Shown here one piece after another: positions 8,776-19,940 of a stretch of 64,000 bases of DNA. The stretch spans positions 64,859-128,858 of the forward strand of contig JBCBZT010000019.1 in the NCBI GenBank assembly GCA_039815185.1. The letters are read 5' to 3'. The stretch comes from Cyanobacteria bacterium P01_A01_bin.123 (GTDB lineage Bacteria > Cyanobacteriota > Cyanobacteriia > Phormidesmidales > Phormidesmidaceae). Position numbers and translations under genes: made by a program. The notes beneath the pieces were generated by a model. That model had not been told where the DNA came from, searched no databases, and worked only from the letters and a program-made list of their open reading frames with translations. How positions within the stretch are numbered: the first letter of the stretch is position 1; the number at the start of each line of letters is the position of its first letter.

Positions 8776-11250
8776 CTAATCAGCTGCCTGAGAGATTAAC
8801 TCACGAGGCTGCGTCGATGATGATTTAACGATCACTTTGCCAGTATCATCAACATCGACAATTGCCGTGTTGCCATCCTTGATACGACCCGACAGAATCT
8901 CTTCTGCCAAGCTGTCTTCCAACAGACGCATAATCGCGCGACGCAACGGGCGAGCACCATAACTGGGGTTATAGCCTTCTTCAACCAACCGATCCTTGAA
9001 TTTCTCGGTCACTTCCAAAGTGATACCCTGTTCCGTTAGGCGACTAAAGACTTCCTTCAGTAAGATGTCGGAGATTTGCTTCACCTCGTCCTTCGTCAAC
9101 TGGCGGAAGACGATGATCTCGTCAAGGCGATTCAGGAATTCAGGGCGGAAGTACTGCTTCAGCTCTTCGTTGACCAAAGAGCGGATGCGATTGTACTGAG
9201 ATTCGGCTTGGTCTTGCTCAAACTCGAAGCCAAGACCGCCGCCACCCTTCTCAATCACTTTAGACCCGATATTGGAGGTCATGATTAGCAGGGTGTTCTT
9301 GAAGTCCACTGTGCGCCCTTTAGCATCGGTCAAGCGACCATCTTCCAGGATTTGCAGCAGCATATTGAAGACATCGGGGTGGGCCTTTTCGATTTCATCG
9401 AAGAGCACCACAGTATAAGGCCGACGGCGTACCGCTTCGGTGAGCTGACCGCCTTCGTTATACCCGACATAACCCGGAGGCGAACCAATCAGCTTGGAAA
9501 CCGTATGGCGCTCCATGAATTCTGACATATCAAGCCGAATCATGGCTTCTTCAGCACCAAAGAAGTAGGTCGCCAAAGATTTTGCCAGTTCTGTTTTACC
9601 GACCCCAGTTGGCCCGGAGAAGACAAAGCTAGCAATGGGACGGTTGGGGCTCTTCAGACCCACCCGGGCCCGGCGGATCGCGCGGGAAATAGCCCGTACA
9701 GCTTCGTCTTGACCCACTAGCCGCTGGTGCAGGGTGTCTTCCATGTGCAGCAGCTTTTCAGATTCGGATTCGGTCAGTTTATTGACCGGCACCCCCGTCC
9801 AAGACGCCACAATATGAGCGATGTCTTCTTCGCCTACGATAGGAGAATCATTTCCGTCGCCCTCTTCAGTCTTCTTAGACTGGGCGATCGCACGAATCTC
9901 AGCCTTGATTTCCATTTCGCGATCGCGTAGTTCACCGGCTTGATCAAAGTTTTGAGACCGTACGGCGTTGTCCTTATCTTTAAGCACCTGCCGCAGTTCC
10001 TTATCCAGTTCCTTTGCGGCGGGTGGTAGCTGGGAGTTGATCAACCGCACCCGTGACCCAGCTTCATCGATCAAATCAATGGCTTTATCGGGCAGGTAAC
10101 GGTCAGAGATATAGCGATCAGAGAGCTTGGCTGCAGCGAGCAGCGCCTCATCAGAAATCTTCAACTTATGATGTTGCTCATAGCGATCGCGCAATCCATG
10201 CAAAATCTCAATCGTCTCATCAACACTGGGTTCGCCCACCATCACGGGTTGGAAACGCCGCTCCAAAGCCGCATCGCGCTCAATATGTTTGCGATATTCA
10301 TCTAAGGTAGTGGCCCCAATACACTGGAGCTCACCCCGCGCCAAGGCAGGCTTGAGAATATTTGCCGCGTCAATAGCCCCTTCAGCTGCGCCAGCCCCAA
10401 TTAAGGTATGAACCTCATCAATCACCAGGATGACATTCGCCGCAGAGCGAATTTCATCCATGATCTTCTTCAGACGCTCTTCAAATTCGCCGCGATACTT
10501 AGTACCTGCCACCAGCAGACCAATATCGAGGGTAACTACGCGCTTTTCTTCTAAGATGTCGGGGATATCGCCGTTGGTGATCCGTTGGGCCAATCCTTCT
10601 GCGATCGCGGTTTTACCGACACCGGGCTCCCCGATCAAAACCGGGTTATTTTTAGTCCGGCGACCCAAAATTTGGATCACCCGCTCAATCTCCTTCTGTC
10701 GACCGACAACAGGATCCAACTTGCCCTCGGCGGCCATCTGAGTCAAGTTCGAGCCAAATTCGTCTAGGGTTGGAGTTTTGGTTCGGCCTTGGCTGCCCCC
10801 GGTAGACACTTCGGCAGTTTCCCCAAGCATACGAATCACTTGGGTTCGAACCTTAGAAAGATCCACACCAAGATTTTCTAATACCCGAGCGGCAACCCCC
10901 TCGCCTTCGCGAATTAAACCCAGCAAGAGGTGCTCAGTACCAATATAGTTGTGCCCGAGCTGCCGAGCCTCCTCCAAGGAAAGCTCCAGAACCCTCTTAG
11001 CACGGGGGGTAAAGGGAATCTCAACGGCGACGAAGCCAGACCCTCGACCGATGATTTTTTCGACCTCAATCCGAGCGTCCTTAAGATTGACGCCCATGGA
11101 TTTCAGCACTTTGGCGGCGACGCCGGTCCCTTCTCCAATGAGTCCTAGCAAGATTTGCTCAGTACCCACGAAGTTGTGCCCTAAACGGCGTGCCTCTTCC
11201 TGGGCGAGCATAATAACTTTGATAGCTTTTTCTGTGAAGCGTTCAAACAT
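8776..11250 (-). CDS. clpC: ATP-dependent Clp protease ATP-binding subunit ClpC
   Basis: [26 protein letters not shown]; two Walker A motifs ([16 protein letters not shown]); GGGLGF ClpP-binding loop. Confidence 0.98.
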   Translation of the reverse strand: MFERFTEKAIKVIMLAQEEARRLGHNFVGTEQILLGLIGEGTGVAAKVLKSMGVNLKDARIEVEKIIGRGSGFVAVEIPFTPRAKRVLELSLEEARQLGHNYIGTEHLLLGLIREGEGVAARVLENLGVDLSKVRTQVIRMLGETAEVSTGGSQGRTKTPTLDEFGSNLTQMAAEGKLDPVVGRQKEIERVIQILGRRTKNNPVLIGEPGVGKTAIAEGLAQRITNGDIPDILEEKRVVTLDIGLLVAGTKYRGEFEERLKKIMDEIRSAANVILVIDEVHTLIGAGAAEGAIDAANILKPALARGELQCIGATTLDEYRKHIERDAALERRFQPVMVGEPSVDETIEILHGLRDRYEQHHKLKISDEALLAAAKLSDRYISDRYLPDKAIDLIDEAGSRVRLINSQLPPAAKELDKELRQVLKDKDNAVRSQNFDQAGELRDREMEIKAEIRAIAQSKKTEEGDGNDSPIVGEEDIAHIVASWTGVPVNKLTESESEKLLHMEDTLHQRLVGQDEAVRAISRAIRRARVGLKSPNRPIASFVFSGPTGVGKTELAKSLATYFFGAEEAMIRLDMSEFMERHTVSKLIGSPPGYVGYNEGGQLTEAVRRRPYTVVLFDEIEKAHPDVFNMLLQILEDGRLTDAKGRTVDFKNTLLIMTSNIGSKVIEKGGGGLGFEFEQDQAESQYNRIRSLVNEELKQYFRPEFLNRLDEIIVFRQLTKDEVKQISDILLKEVFSRLTEQGITLEVTEKFKDRLVEEGYNPSYGARPLRRAIMRLLEDSLAEEILSGRIKDGNTAIVDVDDTGKVIVKSSSTQPRELISQAAD

Positions 11251-11458
11251 GGCGTTTATCCGTCACCTGCGTGTGCTGGTTAAGCAGATTCTAACACAGG
11301 AAAAAAGCGCGACTGTGCCACAGCCAACAGCTTTGAGGGGCGGGTTGCCGTAATTGTGAATGGTGTTTTCAAATGACAAGCTGGCAACAAAAACTGACAA
11401 AAAAATGGAACAAACTGCAAAACATAAACAATTCTTTATGATTGAATACGTTAATTTA

Positions 11459-12070
11459 CTATTTCGCGTCTATCAGCTGCCATCCTTGCTGGGATAGGCG
11501 ACTACTTAACAGCTGTTGCCATTGTTGCAAATCTGCTAAAAAGGCTTCCTGGTGGAGGCCACCTCGCCAAAGAATTAGGGCATCTTCGCCATCGGGGTAG
11601 TAACGACGGCGACGACCCACCGTTTGAAACTTAAACCGCTCATAGAGCTTTAGAGCCGGTTGATTGCTCTCACGGACTTCTAGGGTGGCACGTTCTAACC
11701 CCTGCTGGTGAGCTTTGTGCAATAGATCCCAAAGGAGTAAACGCCCTAGCCCCTGTCCTTGATAAGGCGGAGCAATGCCCACTAAAGTAATGTGGGCTTC
11801 TTCTAAAATCATCCAAAAGCAGCCGATGCCAATGACGAGTGCCGGAGTAACCGTGTAAGCAGAGGCAGATTCCAACGCAGGGGATATTGTTGGCGATAGT
11901 CCCTGATTAGGGCTACTGACTTGAATCAGGAGCGTAAATTGGCTGTTGGGACTCGCTAACTCTCGTCGATAGCCTGCCTCTGACCAAAAGCCTCCAAAAC
12001 ACTGTTGGTCAAGGGTCAAAACTGACGGGATCAGTGCCGACGTTAGGGGCAATCGCTGCAAGTATCTCAC
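11459..12070 (-). CDS. rimI: Ribosomal-protein-alanine N-acetyltransferase
   Basis: ILEEAHIT...YQGQGLG...ATLEVRESNQPALKLY...GRRRRYY..GEDALILW; probable GTG start at 12070 (ORF track extends to 12172). Confidence 0.88.
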   Translation of the reverse strand: MRYLQRLPLTSALIPSVLTLDQQCFGGFWSEAGYRRELASPNSQFTLLIQVSSPNQGLSPTISPALESASAYTVTPALVIGIGCFWMILEEAHITLVGIAPPYQGQGLGRLLLWDLLHKAHQQGLERATLEVRESNQPALKLYERFKFQTVGRRRRYYPDGEDALILWRGGLHQEAFLADLQQWQQLLSSRLSQQGWQLIDAK

Positions 12071-12266
12071 CCAATATCCATCCCGGCACTCACCATTTCT
12101 TAGCATAAGAATCAGAGCCCCGATCGTACAATAATAAATCTTGGCCACATTGAAATCCGCTGATTTCTCCAAGTTGAAAGCTCAAGCTAGCTTTCAATTG
12201 GACGTGGTCTATGTCTGGGTTTTTCGCCCACTGCCCGTTGCCCCAGTATTTATTGCTTAAAGCCCC

Positions 12267-13709
12267 ATGGTTTTTTCGCCTGCCGCTGCTGAATCGGCTC
12301 GTACTAGTCGCCAATATCTACCCCAAACTCAATCTACACAACCTCAATCGAGTGAAGATTTGGAAAGAACGTCTTCCCCAAATCAGTCGTTACTGCCGCT
12401 GTCGGCCCAGGTAAATGCTGCTGATCATTTAGAAATTGGGGGCTGTGATGTGGTGGAATTGGTGCAGCGCTTTGGGTCCCCCCTCTATGTTTTAGATGAG
12501 GCAACTCTGAGGTTAGCTTGCCAACAGTATCGTAATGCCTTTAGGCGCTACTACCCTGGCGACTCGCTGGTACTTTATGCCTCTAAAGCCTGGAACTGCT
12601 TGGCCGTATGCACCATTGTGGCTAGTGAGTCGTTGGGTATCGATGTAGTCTCTGGGGGAGAGCTGTACACAGCGCTCAAGGCTGGCGTTAGCGCTGACCA
12701 ACTCTACCTCCACGGCAATAATAAATCTGAAGCCGAATTGCTGATAGCTTTAGAGTCAAATGCCCGCATCGTAGTGGACAATTGGTTTGAATTAGAAACT
12801 TTGGTGAAGTTGGCGATCGCGCGCGATCGCCTCGTACCAATTTTGCTGAGGTTGACCCCCGGCATCGAGTGCCACACCCACGAATACATTCGCACGGGGC
12901 ACATTGACAGCAAATTTGGCTTTGATCCCGATCAGCTTGAGTCAGTTTTTGAGTTTGTTAGTAAACAGCCCAACCTAAACTGTCTTGGGCTCCATGCCCA
13001 TATTGGCTCTCAAATATTCGAACTGGATCCCCACAGTGATCTTGCCGGGGTGATGGTGAAGTGGCTCCAACGAGCCCATGCCTATGGTTTGACCCTCAAA
13101 GAACTGGATGTGGGGGGTGGCCTCGGCATCTGCTACACCGAAGCGGATGACCCCCCCAGCATTGACCAGTGGTGTAAAACGGTGTGCCAGGGAATTTTGG
13201 CCGCCTGTCAAGCCCAACAACTGCCGCTCCCCAAACTGCTGTGCGAACCAGGGCGCTCCCTAATCGGCAGTGCTTGTGTTACCGCCTACACCGTGGGTAG
13301 CCAGAAGCATGTTCCTAATTTGCGCCATTACGTTGCGGTGGATGGCGGCATGTCAGATAATCCCAGACCCATTACTTATCAGGCGGTGACGCGCGCGCTG
13401 TTAGCCAACAAGCTATCGGCCCCTCTAACCGAAACCATAACCCTTGCCGGCAAGCACTGTGAATCGGGTGACATTGTGATTGAGGACGCCTCCCTGCCCC
13501 CAGTTAATGCTGGAGACATTATCGCAATCGCCGCTACCGGGGCTTACAACTACAGCATGGCCTCTAATTACAACCGTGTCCCGCGTCCTGCTGCAGTCGT
13601 TGTTAATCGGGGTGAAGCCGAGCTGATTTTGCAGCGTGAAACCTATGAAGATTTAGTACGTCAAGATTGTTTGCCAACGCGGTTGATGGAAACTCAGCCA
13701 GATCAGTAA
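12267..13709 (+). CDS. lysA: Diaminopimelate decarboxylase
   Basis: YASKA (PLP Lys), HAHIGSQ, EPGRS, HCESGD, GAYNYSMASNYN. Confidence 0.97.
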   Translation: MVFSPAAAESARTSRQYLPQTQSTQPQSSEDLERTSSPNQSLLPLSAQVNAADHLEIGGCDVVELVQRFGSPLYVLDEATLRLACQQYRNAFRRYYPGDSLVLYASKAWNCLAVCTIVASESLGIDVVSGGELYTALKAGVSADQLYLHGNNKSEAELLIALESNARIVVDNWFELETLVKLAIARDRLVPILLRLTPGIECHTHEYIRTGHIDSKFGFDPDQLESVFEFVSKQPNLNCLGLHAHIGSQIFELDPHSDLAGVMVKWLQRAHAYGLTLKELDVGGGLGICYTEADDPPSIDQWCKTVCQGILAACQAQQLPLPKLLCEPGRSLIGSACVTAYTVGSQKHVPNLRHYVAVDGGMSDNPRPITYQAVTRALLANKLSAPLTETITLAGKHCESGDIVIEDASLPPVNAGDIIAIAATGAYNYSMASNYNRVPRPAAVVVNRGEAELILQRETYEDLVRQDCLPTRLMETQPDQ

Positions 13710-14069
13710 CAGTCAGATCAGGAAGTAGTGGATAAGTCGACAGCGGCTCGGTAGTTGGCCTTAATCACTGATAAGACTGCTCTGATGAGCTATTGAATAC
13801 AGTGTTCAGTTGCCGATCGCGATCACTCAAGTCAGATGATTCAAGCTCATAAATCACCCTAAACTGTTAGCGGAGAGACTTCTCCCGTCTACCCGGACGT
13901 TTATCCCAGCCCGGAGAAGTCATGCTTGCTCCTGAGTCAGGCAGATTTTGTCAGAACGGCTCAATGTTTTGCAGAATTGTGTAGGGTAAAGGGCAACTGC
14001 AGTGTTCAATAATCGGACACTCTGCTGAGGAGGCATCCGCTGCCCATAACGTATTGTCAGGCTCAGCAA

Positions 14070-14996
14070 ATGGCAAATGATGGATGGGAGCAATGGCTAC
14101 TATATCTCGATGATTTTCGGCGGTTTTTGCTTCCCGTCATCGACATTGCACTAGTGCTAATGCTGATCTACATGGTGCTCGTCGTGATTGGGGAACGACG
14201 GACGCTTTGGATGGTTAGAGGTCTGATTTTCTTAATCCTAGCGGCTTGGTTGAGCAAACAGTTGCAGTTAACCCTGTTAGGGTTTGCCCTCGATAATTTG
14301 GTGATCGGCTCTGCGGTGGCAATGGCCTTTATCTTGCAGGCGGAATTCCGTCGTTTGCTCGAACAAATTGGCCGGGGGGAATTTTTCCAGTTGTTTAAGC
14401 CCTCTAGTGAAGCCTTGCCGAAATCTGATAACGTCATTGATGAAATTGCGGATGCGGTCAAGGAACTCTCCCAAAATCGCACTGGGGCCATTTTGATTTT
14501 GGAAACAAACCGCCCCATTGATGAGCGTGATTTTTCGGTGCCGGGGGTTAAACTCAATGCCGAGGTTTCTAAGGAACTGATTCAAACTATTTTTCAGACC
14601 TCAACGCTGCTGCACGATGGGGCAGTGCTGATTCGGGCCTCTCGAATTATGTCGGCAGGCGTGATTTTACCGATTTCTGAACGGACGGCTTCTCGTCAGT
14701 TAGGCACACGCCACCGGGCAGCTATGGGCATTACAGAACGGGTGGAAAATTGCATTTGTGTTGTGGTTTCGGAAGAGACGGGATCGATCTCAGTGGTAGA
14801 GGGGGGGGTGCTCAATCGCCCGCTGACCAGCAGTAAGTTGAAAGATCTGCTGCGATCGCGCTTCTCCCAGTCGGTAGACCACGAAGCGGTGGCTCCCCAA
14901 CTGAGAAGTTTGGGGCGGCAACTGCTCAGCCAATTGATTCAACTCTTTTCACGGCTTTTTCGCCTGCCATCATCGGCTCCTCGGGAGAAAAAATGA
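14070..14996 (+). CDS. cdaA: Diadenylate cyclase CdaA/DacA
   Basis: Three N-terminal TM segments, LHDGA and GTRHRAA DAC motifs; lysA-cdaA-uppS order typical of cyanobacteria. Confidence 0.95.
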   Translation: MANDGWEQWLLYLDDFRRFLLPVIDIALVLMLIYMVLVVIGERRTLWMVRGLIFLILAAWLSKQLQLTLLGFALDNLVIGSAVAMAFILQAEFRRLLEQIGRGEFFQLFKPSSEALPKSDNVIDEIADAVKELSQNRTGAILILETNRPIDERDFSVPGVKLNAEVSKELIQTIFQTSTLLHDGAVLIRASRIMSAGVILPISERTASRQLGTRHRAAMGITERVENCICVVVSEETGSISVVEGGVLNRPLTSSKLKDLLRSRFSQSVDHEAVAPQLRSLGRQLLSQLIQLFSRLFRLPSSAPREKK

Positions 14997-15742
14997 CCGC
15001 AAAATACCCCGTTCAGTATGCTCTGCCTGACGACCTCCGCCGCGATCGCCTGCCGCGCCATGTGGCCGTGATCATGGATGGGAATCGCCGCTGGGCCCAG
15101 CAGCGAGACTTACCCAGCATTGCGGCCTATCGTCAGGGGATAGACAGCCTCAAACAACTGTTACGCTGTAGCCAAAACTGGGGCATTGAAGCACTGACGG
15201 CCTACGCCTTTTCGAGCGAAAATTGTGAAGGCCCCTTAGAAGAAGTCAATGCTTTAGAGGTATTGATTGAAGGGATGCTCCACCAAGAACTGGCTAACTT
15301 AAGTGACCACAATGTTTGCATTCGCTTTGTCGGCAATCTAGATGGCTTACCCCAACCTCTCCAAGAGGCCGTTGAGCACGCCGTTACTAAAACAACAGAC
15401 AATCCAGGGGTCAGATTTACCCTTGCAAGCAACTATGGCGGACGCCAGGAAATTGTGGATGCCTGTCGGACAATCGCAGCCCTGGTTAAACACGGCAACA
15501 TGGTTCCTGAAGATATTGATGAGCAGCTGTTTGGCCGCCATCTTTACACTGCTGAACTGTGCGACCCAGACTTGTTGATTCGCACCAGTGGGGAAATGCG
15601 GATTAGCAATTTTTTGCTGTGGCAACTCGCCTATGCCGAACTGTTTGTCACGGAGACCCTATGGCCCGATTTTGGTCTAAGCGAATTTCACCAGGCGATC
15701 GCGGCTTATCAACAACGCGATCGCCGTTTTGGTAGAGTGTAA
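14993..15742 (+). CDS. uppS: cis-prenyltransferase (UppS family), divergent substrate-binding residues
   Basis: HVAVIMDGNRRWA, YAFSSEN, NYGGRQEI, DPDLLIRTSGEMRISNFLLWQ, RRFG; ATGA overlap with cdaA. Confidence 0.9.
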   Translation: MTAKYPVQYALPDDLRRDRLPRHVAVIMDGNRRWAQQRDLPSIAAYRQGIDSLKQLLRCSQNWGIEALTAYAFSSENCEGPLEEVNALEVLIEGMLHQELANLSDHNVCIRFVGNLDGLPQPLQEAVEHAVTKTTDNPGVRFTLASNYGGRQEIVDACRTIAALVKHGNMVPEDIDEQLFGRHLYTAELCDPDLLIRTSGEMRISNFLLWQLAYAELFVTETLWPDFGLSEFHQAIAAYQQRDRRFGRV

Positions 15743-15743
15743 T

Positions 15744-16565
15744 TCAGCCCAGGATGGCCTCTGATGGCTCCGGCCCGTAAATATAGTTGTATTCAAACTG
15801 AAATGAGTTGGCATGACGAATAATGCTAAAGCCAAAGTTAGTAACCGTTTCTGTTGTGAATGTGGCTATCACTAGCTCCACCAATCGTTTGCCGCTGATG
15901 TCAGGCTGCTGGACATAGTAGTCACGACGGGCAAAAAAACGTCCTTCATCCTTGGGTACAATGATGCTGTTGATGCGATGGGTATGCCGAATCGGTTTAA
16001 TATAAGTTTTGATAAAGTCTTCTTGGCTAATTTGTAATCGATAGAGTCGTTCTTGCTGCGACCAGCTCATCTGAAAGATCTGCTTGATCAGCTCAAACCC
16101 CAATACATAGTTAAAGACACTACTGCGTTCTTCAGAACTGGCAACTAGTTTAAGGGCTGACTCAAGATACAAATCAGGCTGCTGTCTCATATCTTGGGCA
16201 GAGTGAATATAAAATTGACGAATGTAGCTTCTTAAGACGGTTTCACTCAAATCCGTGTTGATCCGAAACTGTTTTAGATAGACATTAACTCGCTGCTGTG
16301 TATCGCGGTCTTGAATGATGCGTGAGACCAAACCATCGGCAGTGTAGTCGTCAAGAAACTCCGCCTGCATCTCCGGCGGCGTGGCACACATCAAATGACA
16401 AAGAGACAGCACGTAACGACGCTGTGCCCAAGGTAAACTCTGTAACCAGTGCCTAGCCTGGAGCGGCAAAGCTCCTAAAACACCATCGGAATCGATCCGG
16501 TCTAAAAACGCCATAAAGCCCTGTGGAGAAGCCTGTTTGATTAGTGTATCAGTGGCTTTAGTCAT
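15744..16565 (-). CDS. Conserved cyanobacterial hypothetical protein
   Basis: 273-aa ORF; LPWAQRRYVLSLCHL motif recalled from a cyanobacterial family; no catalytic motif recognised. Confidence 0.7.
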   Translation of the reverse strand: MTKATDTLIKQASPQGFMAFLDRIDSDGVLGALPLQARHWLQSLPWAQRRYVLSLCHLMCATPPEMQAEFLDDYTADGLVSRIIQDRDTQQRVNVYLKQFRINTDLSETVLRSYIRQFYIHSAQDMRQQPDLYLESALKLVASSEERSSVFNYVLGFELIKQIFQMSWSQQERLYRLQISQEDFIKTYIKPIRHTHRINSIIVPKDEGRFFARRDYYVQQPDISGKRLVELVIATFTTETVTNFGFSIIRHANSFQFEYNYIYGPEPSEAILG

Positions 16566-16831
16566 TAACTTTGGTCGGTGATTTTGGCGATCGCCAGAGA
16601 ATAACGTCGCGATGGTTTCCCAAGGCTAGTCTTTAAGCATCGCCCACCCTAGCGGGGCTAAATCGAGTCTCGATGCCATTGCACCCATCTGTCTCCCACA
16701 ACACACCTGTTCTGGCGTTCACCTGTGCTATTTCTAGAAAACCCAAATTCTCAACTCAATTTACAGCAGTTTGAGGGAAATCTTGCATCGCCCACATCTG
16801 TGCTCTATCGGTTGGGAAAATCACCCATCAA

Positions 16832-17422
16832 TCAGTCGCTGTAGCGCTCTTGGGCCCAGGGTTCTCCCCGTTGGTGATAGCCGTTTCGTTCCCAAAAGCC
16901 CGACGCACCCTCATCTAAAAATTCAATGCCGTTAATCCATTTGGCACTTTTCCAAGCGTAAAGATGCGGCACAACCAGCCGCATAGGCCCCCCGTGTTCA
17001 GCTGGAAGCGGTTCGCCAAATAGGCTATGGGCAAAGAAATTCTCTTCGCGGACAAAATCATCTAAGGATAGGTTGGTGGTGTATCCGCCATAGCAGTGCT
17101 GCATGATATGAACCGCCGCAGGATCCATTTCAATCGCCTGCATAAAGTCGACGACTTTGACACCACGCCATTTGACATCCAGCTTTGACCAAGTCGTAAC
17201 GCAGTGGAAATCAGCCGTGAAGTCATGCTGGGGTAAAGCCATAAACGCCTCCCAGCTAAAGGTCTTGGGCTTTGCTAGCCCTGAAACCGTGAAGCACCAC
17301 TGGCTCTGATCAATCTGGGGTGTATCGCCATAGGTCAATACGGGAAACCCGCTGGCAAGATGCTGACCAGGGGGAACTCGATCGGCGAGTTCAGGCCCAG
17401 GTTTGTGGAAGAACTTTCCCAT
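16832..17422 (-). CDS. Sulfite-oxidase-like molybdopterin-binding oxidoreductase
   Basis: RVPPGQ, DFHCVTTWS, EHGGPMRLVVP, YAWKSAKW, GFWERNGYH. Confidence 0.92.
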   Translation of the reverse strand: MGKFFHKPGPELADRVPPGQHLASGFPVLTYGDTPQIDQSQWCFTVSGLAKPKTFSWEAFMALPQHDFTADFHCVTTWSKLDVKWRGVKVVDFMQAIEMDPAAVHIMQHCYGGYTTNLSLDDFVREENFFAHSLFGEPLPAEHGGPMRLVVPHLYAWKSAKWINGIEFLDEGASGFWERNGYHQRGEPWAQERYSD

Positions 17423-17541
17423 CAGCAGTTGTCCTCAAGAGCTAAACCTCATCTCCATCAAGATCCGCAGCTCTCCTAAGCTAAATGCTCAAGAGTCGTT
17501 GCTCAAGCTAGAACCTAAGTTCTATAAGATGTGATTTAGTC

Positions 17542-17721
17542 TTACTCTTCATCCTCATCATCGTCGTCATCAGTGTTGTAGACAAAGCTACTGGAGCGAT
17601 CGGTCAAGACAGACTTACCTAGGGATAGCGCTCTTTGAGCTTGCAGAGAAGCTTTTCGCTTCCACGTAGCACGACGCATGCTGCGCTTAGACTTTGAGGT
17701 TTTCTTCTTCGGAACCGCCAT
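17542..17721 (-). CDS. rpmF: 50S ribosomal protein L32
   Basis: Below the ORF-track cutoff; manual translation [59 protein letters not shown]. Confidence 0.96.
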   Translation of the reverse strand: MAVPKKKTSKSKRSMRRATWKRKASLQAQRALSLGKSVLTDRSSSFVYNTDDDDDEDEE

Positions 17722-17927
17722 GATTCGGGTTATTTATAACTTCACAACCTTCCGATTGTAGGCTATCTGTCTAAGATAGTCACCTATTTTTTGCATCGAG
17801 TCCACGGATTGCCTAACCCCCGGTGTCGCGTTGAAATCCTTAGCGCGGACTTGAGAACAGTCGGCTCGATCGAGCAAGATAGAATTCCTGATTCTCTCAA
17901 AGTAATCCTGCTGGCGATCGCTGCAAA

Positions 17928-18032
17928 TATAGCGGTAGCCAAAAAGCTTTGTGCGCTATCACGAGCCAGATTGCTTGTGAACTCAGCATCCTGGTGATAC
18001 TCGGTGCATTAAGCAATCTGGCCAGCGCTATG
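17928..18032 (+). mobile_element. ~105-bp double-hairpin dispersed repeat, copy 2
   Basis: TATAGCGGTAGCCAAAAAGCTTTGTGCGCTATCAC GAGCCAGATTGCTT...AAGCAATCTGGCCAGCGCTATG. Confidence 0.88.
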
Positions 18033-18070
18033 TTAAACAACATCCAGACAGTTGCTATCGATTTCTGGGA

Positions 18071-19306
18071 TTAAATTTCCTCCGAGGGAAAAGACTGCTG
18101 AACTAGAAATTCCCGGATCGCGGCGTTTTCTGTCAACCCAATTGCTCGGGAATAAGCCTGCTGAGCCGCTGTGTTTTGTCCCAGACGCTTGAGTAAATAG
18201 GCTTTTAAGGCCCAATAGGGCTGATAAGTTTTCACGGCATCTTCAGGCAGGGCGGTTAGCAACGATAAGCCTTGTTCAACGGTCTGGGCTTCAGCGATCG
18301 CAGCGGCATGCCCCACAAACGCTCCTAGGGTCGGCGATAGTTGAATCAACCCTGCATAGAGCAGCGCCAACGCGGACCAATCCGTGTTTTGCACCACAGC
18401 TCGCTGGGCATGAATCGATTGAATCGCTGCTTCTAACTGGAATCGCCCCATGGTTTTGAAGGTAGCAGCTTTAGCCAGTTCTCGTTCGGCTTCATCGATC
18501 ATTGCTTGCGACCATAGCTGAGTATCCTGTTCTGACAAGGGCACATAGGTACCCCTGTCAGTTCTGCGCGCTTTGCGGCGAGACTCACAATAAAGCATTA
18601 AAGCCAGCAGCCCCCGCGCTTCCGGTTCTGTCGGCATCAGTTGCACACACAAGCGCGCTAACCAGATGGCTTCTTCGGCCAATCCCTGATGCCTCGGATC
18701 ACCGCCCATTACAGTTTCCCATCCGTTGGTATAGGCTGCATAGATTGCCGCGAGTACTGCATTTAAGCGCGTGGGTAAATCTGTCGTGGCGGGAATTTCA
18801 AAGGCAATGCCGGCATCGCGAATTTTGGCCTTGGCTCGCACTAAACGCTGGCCCATCGTCGCAGGGGCCACCAAAAATGCAGAGGCAATTTGTATTGCAT
18901 TCAAGCCCAACACCGTTTGCAACATCAAAGGGGTGTGGACGGCGGCATCGATAGCTGGATGAGCACAGATGAATAACAGTTTCAGGCGATCGTCAGGAAA
19001 AGAGACGGCTTCTAACTCGGGTTCAGTCTGCAAAGCGAATCCGGGCAACTGCAACGTATGGACTACTCGGTCATTCACTTGAATGCGCCGAGCTGTGTCA
19101 ATTAATCGACGACGGGCGGTCACCAGTAACCAGGCTTCAGGATTTTTGGGGACTCCTGTTTCGGGCCAGGTTTTGAGGGCTGCTAAGAAAGCATCGCCGA
19201 GGGCATCCTCTGCTGCTGCAACATCCCGCGATCGCGTCGCTAGATAAGCCACCAATCGCCCATAGGAGTTGCGGGCTGCCAATTCTGCCGCTCGACGTGC
19301 ATTCAT
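18071..19306 (-). CDS. ECF sigma factor with long C-terminal TPR-like extension (ECF42-like)
   Basis: AEDALGDAF...WLLVTARRRLID (sigma2), DDRLKLLFICAHPA, MGQRLVRAKAKI (sigma4), QLEAAIQSIH and C-terminal TPR-like region; linked to a YciI/DGPF gene. Confidence 0.9.
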   Translation of the reverse strand: MNARRAAELAARNSYGRLVAYLATRSRDVAAAEDALGDAFLAALKTWPETGVPKNPEAWLLVTARRRLIDTARRIQVNDRVVHTLQLPGFALQTEPELEAVSFPDDRLKLLFICAHPAIDAAVHTPLMLQTVLGLNAIQIASAFLVAPATMGQRLVRAKAKIRDAGIAFEIPATTDLPTRLNAVLAAIYAAYTNGWETVMGGDPRHQGLAEEAIWLARLCVQLMPTEPEARGLLALMLYCESRRKARRTDRGTYVPLSEQDTQLWSQAMIDEAERELAKAATFKTMGRFQLEAAIQSIHAQRAVVQNTDWSALALLYAGLIQLSPTLGAFVGHAAAIAEAQTVEQGLSLLTALPEDAVKTYQPYWALKAYLLKRLGQNTAAQQAYSRAIGLTENAAIREFLVQQSFPSEEI

Positions 19307-19315
19307 CAGCGTAAA

Positions 19316-19933
19316 TTACCCCTGAGGCGCAGTTTTCTGCCAAGCCGGTAGTGCCTCAATCCGAGCGTACCAATTGCGAATGTGCCCATAATCATCCAGT
19401 GGAAACTGTCCTGGCACAGCATAGGTCAAATCGCTGGCCACCGAAAAGTCGGCCAGGGTCAGGGAGTTGCCCACCAAAAATTCTCGGTCGGCCAGATGGG
19501 TATCTAACATGCTGGCTTCTTTGTGGAAGCTTTCGGTAGCCTGCTGCACCACGTGCAAATCAGGTTCTCCCAATTGCAAAAGCGGTTTGACGTGGTTCTC
19601 ATACTGCAACGGTTGGCAACTGGGATACCAGTGGGCCAACTGCCAACTTTGCCAACGCATAATATCAGCCCGGAGTTGCAAACCCTCAGGCCAGAGGGAA
19701 TTGGGCACCTGGCTGGCTAGATATTGCATGATGGCGGTAGATTCCCAAAGCGCGAAGTCACCATCGGTTAAAACAGGGGTGCGCCCAGTGGGATTCAGCG
19801 AGAGAAATTCGGCGGTGCGCTGATCACCTTTTTGCAAATCTACCAGCCGCAGGTCTAACGGCAAATCGAGGTGGATAACGACGGCATGGGCTCTGCGCGT
19901 GTTGGGTGAAGGCGGAAAGTAATAGAGTTTCAT
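19316..19933 (-). CDS. Glutathione S-transferase family protein
   Basis: SPN, LNPTGRTPVL, LWESTAIMQYLA, LTLADF. Confidence 0.93.
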   Translation of the reverse strand: MKLYYFPPSPNTRRAHAVVIHLDLPLDLRLVDLQKGDQRTAEFLSLNPTGRTPVLTDGDFALWESTAIMQYLASQVPNSLWPEGLQLRADIMRWQSWQLAHWYPSCQPLQYENHVKPLLQLGEPDLHVVQQATESFHKEASMLDTHLADREFLVGNSLTLADFSVASDLTYAVPGQFPLDDYGHIRNWYARIEALPAWQKTAPQG

Positions 19934-19940
19934 GCTAGTT

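Noticed and set aside
13783..13825. CTGATGA followed by a stem, resembling a hammerhead ribozyme core
   Set aside because: The required GAAA after stem II is absent (CGAT instead) and no convincing stems I/III were found
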